Assembly: GCA_000934665.2 (NCBI GenBank)
Contig: KZ538163.1
Location: forward strand, 62,001-110,817
Reading direction: 5' to 3'
Length of the DNA: 48,817 nt
DNA from: Catajapyx aquilonaris
Taxonomy: Eukaryota
In this document: positions 39,929 to 48,817 of the stretch, piece after piece
Numbering within the stretch: the first letter of the stretch is position 1
Layout of the letters: the number at the start of each line of letters is the position of its first letter
The notes under the pieces: model-generated
Database searches by the model: none
The model's input: the letters and a program-made list of their open reading frames with translations, nothing else
Told to the model about the DNA's origin: nothing
Made by a program: the position numbers and the translations under genes

Positions 39929-41386
39929 GTGCGCCAATCTCACCTCTTTCTAACATTCCTTCCTTATGCAAGGTGATGGTCCAACAGAGCTACTTTTCAC
40001 ATTTGCAGGTAATGTTGGGCTACTTTTATCAGTTCTGCTTCTGACGGAGTGTCTCCATCCAGATAACGGTTCGGTGGGGTCTGTTTGGACCCCACCTCAC
40101 AAATTCTGGCGTAAAGAATGAGTACCGGTACTTTTATTTGTCTAGGTCCTGCTTCTTTGGATGTCTCAAAGCCTGTTCTAATCTATATAATTATCTCTGA
40201 TGAAATGAGCATTTTTTGAATTCTTTGATGTTCTTGCCTCATTCTTCACATTTTGATTGATACATTTGATGCAAAATCATCCCAGATGTGCTCCATTTGG
40301 AGGCAACAATAATTGTGGTCACACATTCAGCTGCTACGATTGCTCTCTGATTCTCTTTGAACTAGATTCTGGAGTGAACAATCAATAACTGCTTCACCTG
40401 CCCTCTCCTGAACCAAGAGTTGAACCAGTGCCCTACACATTTCCTCAGTGTAGTGTGCAGAAGTGTGCAGATTTCCAGATTTCCAATAGGAATGACTACC
40501 TCGATAAACACTGCCCCCATTTCCACGAGTGTCCATAGTCATGAGCACACTAATAAGATGCACTCGTGCTCACTATCTTGTTTAGGTTTCGATATCCCCC
40601 AGCTATATTCAAACATCTGCACTGTTTACATGCCCAGCATATTGGACATGTTAGCAAAAGGTTATGAATTTCTCTCTGCAGGAGCAATAGTCACTACTTG
40701 CGAGAATATCGTTCGTAAGTACATTCTAGATGGCGACTGTGGCCGGATTGCACCATTGATAGGGAAGATTCCATCGAGAGTGTAACGTATTCTTGTCCTA
40801 GTAATTGACAATATCAGCTGTACACTGGTGCTACCAGCCCTATGTAGCCGACTATGTGAATCCTAGTTGTCATTTTTGTTCCACTTTTCCAGTGGCAAGC
40901 AGTATGGGATTTACTTAACAACTTCGATTGCATATGAACATACATGTGAAGACCATTCTTAGACTTACGACAGAGAACAATGACCCTTCTGGTCGCATTA
41001 ATGAGTCAGGAAATCCCGATAGCTACAACTGTTATCTCTTTATATGTAATCATGAGGAGTTCCGATATCAACCCACGCATTCATTGCATGATATAATTAT
41101 TATGCAGAATACCATAACCCTAGCCTGTGTTTATCCTGGAAGGTAACTGACCCCAACTTTATAGACTGCTACCCAGGGCTACCTGACTGGGCGAGGTTTC
41201 CAACGTAAAACGTTCCTTTAAAATAACATGACGGCATCATTTTGACGTTCAGTTTGCGAACCATTAATGTGACCTCTGAAAATTTTAGAAGCGTCATTTA
41301 ACCAGAAAATGCTTCTTTCCATTTCAGCTCCTAGTTTTCAGAGATTTTTCGTTGCAATTGAGTGACTTTTCCTCTGGCCATTTCAG

Positions 41387-41551
41387 ATCCGGGAGGACTG
41401 GAAATACGTGGCGATGGTGATAGATCGACTGCAGCTGTACATCTTTTTCGCGGTGACCACAGCCGGGACGATCGGCATCCTTTTAAGCGCGCCGCACATA
41501 TTCGAATACGTGGACCAGGACAAGATCATCGAGATCTACCGGGGAAAGTGA
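41387..41551 (+). CDS. nAChRbeta1: nAChR beta1 last coding exon: TM4 and C-terminus ([54 protein letters not shown])
   Basis: Acceptor ccatttcag|; [11 protein letters not shown] motif; beta1-diagnostic IIEIYRGK end; TGA at 41549-41551. Confidence 0.97.
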   Translation: MREDWKYVAMVIDRLQLYIFFAVTTAGTIGILLSAPHIFEYVDQDKIIEIYRGK

Positions 41552-41676
41552 GAGTGGCGGGCTCCCCCCCTCCCCCCCCGAAAAGGGGGAGGAAAGTGGC
41601 TCACAAGTTTCTTTGCAAGGCTCTCCGAAGTCGTCGACGTGGAAGAAGATGAACAAGAAGAAAAAGATGCAGCACT

Positions 41677-41712
41677 CTCGTCGTCGTCATCGTCGTCGTC
41701 GTCGTCGTCGTT
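41677..41712. repeat. (TCG)n trinucleotide repeat downstream of the stop codon
   Basis: tcgtcgtcgtcatcgtcgtcgtcgtcgtcgtcg. Confidence 0.9.
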
Positions 41713-44700
41713 CGTTCGTGCGTCTGTCGCAGCCCTCGACGCCTGCGCCGCCAAACAGCGATGGAGGAGTCACTCGGCAGGAGAAGAAGATGAAGAAGAC
41801 AAATGGGAAGATGAAGATATAGAGAGCGAAAAGCGAGCGAGAGAAAGAACGAGAGAAAGGGGTGGAAATGTTCGGATCAGATCCGTTAGTGTGATCAGGA
41901 TGATGGTGTGTATGGTGAGCGGGGAGTTGCACAAAGGGTGAGAGGGAGGGGGGGACACCTGTTTGTTTTTTTTATTCATAGAAAACTTAAATTCTTATTA
42001 TTTCCGACTGGTCGCGACAGGCGGGGAAAAAAGAGTAAGACATGTGTACAGTTTTTTTCGAGTTAAAAAAATGACCTGGGGGGACAAAATGGATTGTTTA
42101 AAAAATGACATAACACAGAGAAAAGAAACCGTGCTCAAACTTATACTCAAGTAGATTTTAAAGAGTAGGTACGTAGATTTCCAACTGTACGGATCACGTG
42201 ATGTCTTGTCACAGGGGGCACAAGATGTGTGAAGGTGGTTTTTAAAAACACAAAAAAAACAAGCCGAAAAAAGAGAGAAACTCGAACATACCCCAAAAAA
42301 TGTCCGAGCGGTTAGCTCCTTCCTTCTCCATCACAGATTCGCTGTGTTTCCAACATTTGATTTCACCTATATATACCTATGGAAAAAAAAGAATCAGGAG
42401 ACAAACAATGGGGAAATATGTCGCATTTGGTTCTCCTCTCCTCCCCCCTTTCCCCCACTCTATCCCCCTTTCCCCCCTTCTAATAGAACGAGAAAAAAAA
42501 TTCTGAAACCTTTGTATAGAGAAAAAAAACCCACTTTCCTTCCTACCTTATGAAACCTCCTCCCCCTGTTTAGAGGTGAGACACTTCGTTTTAGAGCGGT
42601 AGGCTTAAGAATTAGCACTTCGAAAGGGAGAGTCTCTTCGATGTCACACACCTGAGTTGTGCTCATTGGGCGTCCAAGAGGGGACCTTTTTCACCCGCTT
42701 TTTCCTCGCATTCCTTTGAGCTGCGAATTTTTGCGAGGTGAAAATCTCTTTTTCAGTCGTGGGGATGCATTTGTTGTTTTTTTTCTTGTTTTTTTTGAAG
42801 TCGGAGTAGGGATTGGGAAAACGTGGAGGGTTGGAAAACTCCACGTGAAAAAAAATAACCCAATTTTGTTATAATATAAATGAACACAAAAAATATTGTC
42901 GGCAAATTTTTCACTAGGGCCAATTTTTTTGGATATTTTGAAACGTCTTTCAACCATTTTCGAAACTTTCCTTTTTCGTCTATTTTTCCCCCCTCTCATG
43001 TCACTCCCCCGCGGATTTTGAAAAAAAAAATTGTGTGGACATAGTGCTGGGCTGCTTTTCTATTTTGTGGTCGAGGTGAAGCGGAGGCAAAAGAAATATT
43101 TCATAACCAGAATATTTAAGAAACGACGAACTCTGGAGGGGGCCACGCTACGGGACATTTTTTTTCGACTCGACATATTAACACAAGACACAACTAACAA
43201 GTCAAGCCTGAATCTCTTTCCTGTCTTTCTGTCCTGTCACACTGGCTAAATAATAAAAAAAACATAAGGGGTTAACCCTCGTTCCATCTCCCTTGACAGC
43301 ATAACACCTTTATATCCACAACCCTTGTAATCCACCACCTGAAATGGAATATATTTGAAAATCTACCTTTACCTGAATCCTCCCCACTCATTCCCCCCTC
43401 CTCTTTTTTCCTCCCCCACCGTGCGGGGCGTGCCTTTTTTCGGAAACCAAGTGCTGCGAGCGGACAAGGTCGGAAAAGTGTTCTCTCTTTGCGTACATGC
43501 GCGTGGCCCGAGTGAAAATAATAGGGGGGGAAAATGCACTGAAAAATATTACTTGTTTTTAATTACCCAGTTTTTTTTTTTGAAAAGCCGAGGTTCTTAC
43601 AATGTTTGGAATCTCTCTCTCACACACACATACAACACAACCAGAATTTAAACCCCTATAGTACGATAGGTCCTGAAAAAATACTGAGAGAGATACACGC
43701 ACTTTAAAAAATGAAATTTTAATTGCAGTGGGTTTGGAAAAAAATATATATGTGGACATTTTAAAAAATGGGATGAGAAACAATCATTGATATTTTCGTG
43801 TACAACACCGACAAATTTAGCAGTTAGGCCTCACTGACACTATAGTGAAGGATTCTCCTTCGTTTCCCCCGCAAATTTTTTTTTTTCGTGGCAAAATAAA
43901 TATTTAAAAAACTTTAAAGAACGTGTAGGTCGTAGTCTTCCTGCTCAGTGTTCGAGAGCACCAGATGTGTTTTTGGGGTGTGAGCCAATTCTCCTCTTGA
44001 AGCTGTGTACAGAAAAAGAAGAAAATAACCCTGCCCCTGTCCCCGAGCATCTTTCTCACCTTTCTCTGTTTTTTATACGTGACGTTGACAACCCACCACC
44101 ACCACCACCAACCTTTGCTTCCATCAGTCGAAATCGAGGTATCTTAAAACACTTAGAGAAAAGAGACACACACTTCCCAGGTTCGCCTTTCGTTTATATA
44201 TATGACTCTCCTCCATGGTGCATATATTATATATAAACTTCCTTTCTGCCCCTCTGGAAATCAACGGGTTTTTCGAGTTCTTTTCCAAGAGCAAATCAGA
44301 GGGACAGCTAAAGGAAGTGTTGTTTTTAATTACTCCCCTATATTATAACTGTTGATCCCCCATAATAAAAAGAAAGACGACTTGGGCAGTCGGGCGACTC
44401 TCTTGGATACATCAGATTTCGACCTGATCGCATGGAATAAAAATAATACTTTAAAAACAGCAGAAAAGTCTTGCAGATTGGAATAATTATTATATATGTG
44501 AACACAATATTGTTAGTGTTTGGACTTGAAAGCACTGCCAGGAAGGATTGGAGCTAAGAACAGTCCGAAATAACGACGACTCTGATTAGTTTTTACGTTT
44601 GAAACAAGACCGTGATATGCCTATGATGTTTGTATTGATATTGCTCAATGAAGTATTGCGGGTATGGAGAACGTTGTTAGCTGTTGTTCTAATTCCGCAA

Positions 44701-44847
44701 GTAGACCTCGACATTGACGCCAAATTAAGAACCTTTCAAGGCTTCCATCTTGAAACAAATAAATAAATAAAAAATATAAAGGACGAGGGCTTTCACTAAC
44801 AAGCCTATGCAACTTTTACAACTCGCTCTTCCTTTTGTTGTGCTTCC

Positions 44848-44912
44848 AATAAATCCGGTTGTTATAGGCTATCCCAATGAGCCCAGTTGTTTTTTTGTTG
44901 GCGGTTGTGTTA
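44848..44912 (+). terminator. Candidate cleavage/polyadenylation site of nAChR beta1 (3' UTR about 3.3 kb)
   Basis: AATAAA at 44848-44853, a CA about 20 nt downstream, then a GT/T-rich tract (gttgttttttttgttggcggttgtgtt). Other AATAAA hexamers lie at 43252, 43895, 44364 and 44758. Confidence 0.35.
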
Positions 44913-47191
44913 CAGTTCAGACTCGAGGATACATTTCATGTTGTTAGTTGTTCGTGTTCTCTCTTTTTCTTCTCCTCCAAGAGTACACGGGGAGAGTTAT
45001 ATTGCATGTTGGATCGCTTTAGATGGACTCTTTGGAGCATTTTCTCCATTATTTGGGTGGATGCTAAGTGAAGTTGGAAAATTCTCCGTCCTGTTCTTGG
45101 TTCCTTTTCTTCTTGGATATAGCAAATAATAATAATAATCCTGTGGATTTTGTCTCCCCCATCCCCCTTCCCTTTCCTCCTCTCACCTCGCTAGTAACAC
45201 TACGCCTGAGACATCTCTCGGAAAGAGAACAGAGAATAGAATTTTTCTAAAATTATTTTACCTGAACGCTTCTTTCGAAACCATCCCACCCACCCACTTC
45301 GCCCCCCCAATACCTGCAAGGCTATTCTCTCCCAGGTGTCTTGTCCTAAAAGAAAATAAAATGCGCAAAAAATATTGAATTCACGCCGGCGTTTGTGGAA
45401 GGCGTGTGGTGTAGTCTACAGCACGAGGTTTGCACTTAGCTGCACTTTTCAGCGAAGCGAAGGAGTTCCTAATAATCGACTTGAACAATCACCTCCTCCC
45501 CCCTCCCCCACCCTCAAGAATTATTTAGAGTTAGGTGGAGTACTTCATAGCGTTCCACATTGAAGAGGCAATATTTTACTCACAGTCCAGCGGTACTTCA
45601 CGACATTTTAGCTTTCGGTGAAGGCTCAAGGTTGTCTCTGTCGACAGAAGAAGAAAAAAATAATATTAAAAAAACACAAACGATGTCATGCTTCCTCCAA
45701 ATTACCAGAAAATAACAATGTTGAACAGCAATGAGAACCACAAGCAATAACACCCTTTATTTACTTATTGTTTCCGTGTTTTTCCACTCGGTTTAGTTTC
45801 CCAGCTGGATTATTATTATTATTCGTAATAATAATAGTCCAAAAATTTGGTCTGACGACTAGGTTCTTGAGTCCCCACCTTAAAGCGCACTGGGTAACAT
45901 TCACGTCCGAATTTAGGCTACATCGCAATCGAGAAAGAGAGAGACAGACAGACAGACAGATACCAGGAACATAGTTGAAGGGATTTTAAAAAAGAGAGAA
46001 AAACATAATGCAAATGAGAAAAAAAGAACCCAAATAACCCTCATACGTGGAAAACCCCCTTACATCCATGTGTGTGAATGGTTCGAGTCTGAGTTTCGTT
46101 AAGAATGCCTGTAGACTTCTGCCCAAGTGGGGGATTCACCGTGGGATTATTAAAATACGCCAACGAAAACAAGAAAAAAATAATTGATTCAATTGAGCTT
46201 ATGGTATACATTTTTATCCTAGGACACTCCAAGAGGAGCTCGTTTTATTTGTGCTGCATGCTATATGAATAAATGAGATCTGAGAACCATGACATCTGGA
46301 ATATCTTAAAACGCCGAACACAACAGAATAGTGTGGTGAGTCAAACATGTCTTCTTTTTTTGTTGTTTTTACACTAACTGCTGCACTACCAGTATTCCCC
46401 AACAGAGTTTGTAACATACTAACAGCACTGGGATGGTTTGGTTGTTTATTGGAATCCCATGACGGGTGCGGTTTGTTTCATGGACAACTTTTACATGCCA
46501 AACAGTGTGTGGAAATGATTTATTGATGTGGTGGTTTTTTGAAAATTTTGTTGAATTTTTAGTATTGGATCTCAGGTGGAAAAAAATAGTGTACAGAACG
46601 GTATTGTGTATTTCTTAAGGCATAATTTCAAACAAAAAATATCTATGGAATGCTTAGATTTACACGATGTGTGAGGACAAATTTTATCTTTGAAATTGGC
46701 TCTTAGAGTTTCTTGTTGTTGTTCAAAATTTTAATTTTGTTCTTGAAAAAAAACTGTTGACATTAAAAAATCCCATTTTCTTCAACACGCTGAGGAAAAT
46801 GATGTATAGCCTACCGAATCGCCCTGGATCAATTACTAGTTACAACATATGCATGCAGTGCACCCTCCCAACTTTCGAATCCAACTAAACAAAAGAAATC
46901 TGGAAAATTTCCGCCCAATTTACAACATGTATAGTATGATAGATCCCGAATGACCAGGAGGCTGCGAATCCTCCCCGAAAAAAAATGTGCAAAGTGTCTG
47001 CAGGGAATGGATGTTTTCCAATTAGCAGCAAGAGGATAGGTCTGGGATGGGCAATGACTCGTAGGCCTTTTCTCCCATTCCTCCCAAATTACACCCGCTT
47101 TCCCAGATAAGGAATCCGGGCCTCTGGCTTGGCCTCCCCCAAAACTTTCCCCCAGTGCCTGTCGTTTCCTTAACAACAAACTTCTCAGGTC

Positions 47192-47220
47192 GCAGCAGCA
47201 GCAGCAGCAGGAGCAGCAGG
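47192..47220. repeat. (CAG)n trinucleotide repeat
   Basis: gcagcagcagcagcagcaggagcagcagg. Confidence 0.85.
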
Positions 47221-47810
47221 AACAGCACAAGCAGGCTGGGCTTCTCCAAAACTTTTGTTTTCCCCCTTCCCAACCCCACCACCGATTCTCGTCACTTCCC
47301 CCTTTGCTCTGAGTGGCCCCTCAGTTGCTTGTCGCCACTTCCTGAAGGCGCCTATATTGATTCACATGGATCGGTTTCCTAATGGAAGACCGCCCAGGAC
47401 TAGTTTCCTGCTCGGGCCTATGTCAGGTTTGATTTGTACCGGCCTGGACTCTGAACAAATTTGCTGTCCGATGCTATTATTTTTCACAGATGCTGACTGG
47501 CCGCAGGGAAATGTGCTTGTGTGGGCAAATATTGCGCAGTCTGCATACGGTGTTAACGTCGTTTGCATTGAAACACATGCACGTTGCAAGTGAAATCTGG
47601 CAGGTTTGGTGTATCTGGAGAAATGTGTTCAGAAATGGCGGCCGGTCGACATAAAGGCCCGTTTTCCTCAATCAGCAACGTAATAATTAATCACATTACG
47701 GCAACACTATGCGAGGAAGGCTATCCTTTATAGCGCTTACATCATTTTAGTCGTTCACCGTTGCACACACTTATAGTTTTTCCAGATGGATAAGTGATCA
47801 TAATGTTTGT

Positions 47811-47879
47811 TAAGTGTATGCTAATCACAAGAGTGATAGAAATAATATTTTCATCACTCTTGTGATTAGCATACACTTA
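47811..47879. repeat. Perfect 27-bp inverted repeat hairpin
   Basis: taagtgtatgctaatcacaagagtgat (47811-47837) and atcactcttgtgattagcatacactta (47853-47879), with a 15-nt loop. Confidence 0.9.
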
Positions 47880-48722
47880 CCGATGATTACTTAACTTTCA
47901 CTGGTACAATCTTGAAAATATTTCGTCCATATGTTGCCGCGGCTCAGCTACATACAAAAATGTGCAATTAATACCCAATGACATTATAATACATTATTGC
48001 TGGACGTATTTGTGTTACACCCCCCAAAAATGGACTTGGCGGTTTTTGATCTCACACCCCTCAATTATTACAATAGTAAAGGAGAATACAGTGTTATCAG
48101 GGAGCATATACTAGTATATGCTCCCTGGTGTTATCGAAAATGCTACGTGATAGTGCAACGTGGTGTGATTAAAATTAATGGAGCATTTAATGTACTCAAT
48201 GGACTGCAAGATGGGCAAAAAATTGCACCTACAAGTATCTTGCATTCACAATTAATAACAATATGCTCGTAAGATAAATTTAGTTCCTATCCTTGGAGGC
48301 ACACTTACATGATGAAAAAGAAAGTGAAGTAATTGATGAAACAAGCACCTACAAATTGTACGAAAAATAACTTTATGAGAAATAATTACGTTGATTACAG
48401 TAATACAGCAACATAGAGGAACCTAAAGTTTAAGGATATTAAATTATTGTAAGTTTATAGTCCATAGATCAAGGCGATTGCACGATTAATTCAAAATTAA
48501 TGGACTGTAACACACGAATTATTTTCTCTTAGCTGCATGAAGATTGCATTGCATTGTTGCAGTTGTTATAAACATAAAGCCAAGGATGCAATATTTGCTC
48601 AAAATATGCGGTTAAGTATTCATGTTAATCTAATTTTAAACAGCTGTAAGTGTATTGGATATGGGACTAACCACCCTAATTAAATGGATTATTACCTGTT
48701 TTATTAAAGACATCTGTAGATA

Positions 48723-48817
48723 TACAGGGTGTATCAAAACTCTACCATAAGCCATGTACCAATGGCATAAGGGGCACCAGAGCATCATTTTATGTAGAGG
48801 GGTCATCATGTCTAGGC
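48723..48817 (+). mobile_element. Probable left end of a Tc1/mariner-superfamily element or MITE (cut by the window edge)
   Basis: Begins TA-CAGGGTG(tatcaaaa), a terminus common in arthropod Tc1/mariner elements. The other TIR is not in the window. Confidence 0.4.

Noticed and set aside
39929..39976. Frame continues into the last intron (VRQSHLFLTFLPYAR*), suggesting a TM4-less isoform
   Set aside because: A short run-on is expected by chance; there is no evidence of intron retention.
46829..47282. Cys-rich and Leu-rich minus-strand ORFs
   Set aside because: The composition comes from the (CAG/CTG)n microsatellite.

Overview
Eukaryotic (arthropod) genomic DNA from a draft assembly with N gaps at 9337, 9866 and 13766-13816. 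It is dominated by one + strand multi-exon gene, the nicotinic acetylcholine receptor beta1 subunit (nAChR beta1/ARD type). Six coding exons are firmly supported by protein similarity, GT-AG boundaries and consistent phases: 4290-4426, 18153-18197, 32847-32956, 35206-35296, 38876-39928 and 41387-41551. The N-terminus is tentatively completed by a signal-peptide exon (2511-2741) plus a 16-nt microexon (2887-2902) that repairs the reading phase, giving about 615 aa in total. Two introns of about 14 kb and a probably long 3' UTR carry a TSD-flanked tRNA-derived SINE, a short retro-insertion with a similar 3' tail, several palindromic MITE-like elements and microsatellites. The best leads are a 129-codon in-frame ORF directly after the TGA stop (possible stop-codon readthrough), the microexon-dependent extended N-terminus, and an expanded polyA/polyQ TM3-TM4 loop with a possible exitron. 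I see no prokaryotic-type system; almost all other ORF-track entries are shadows or noise.
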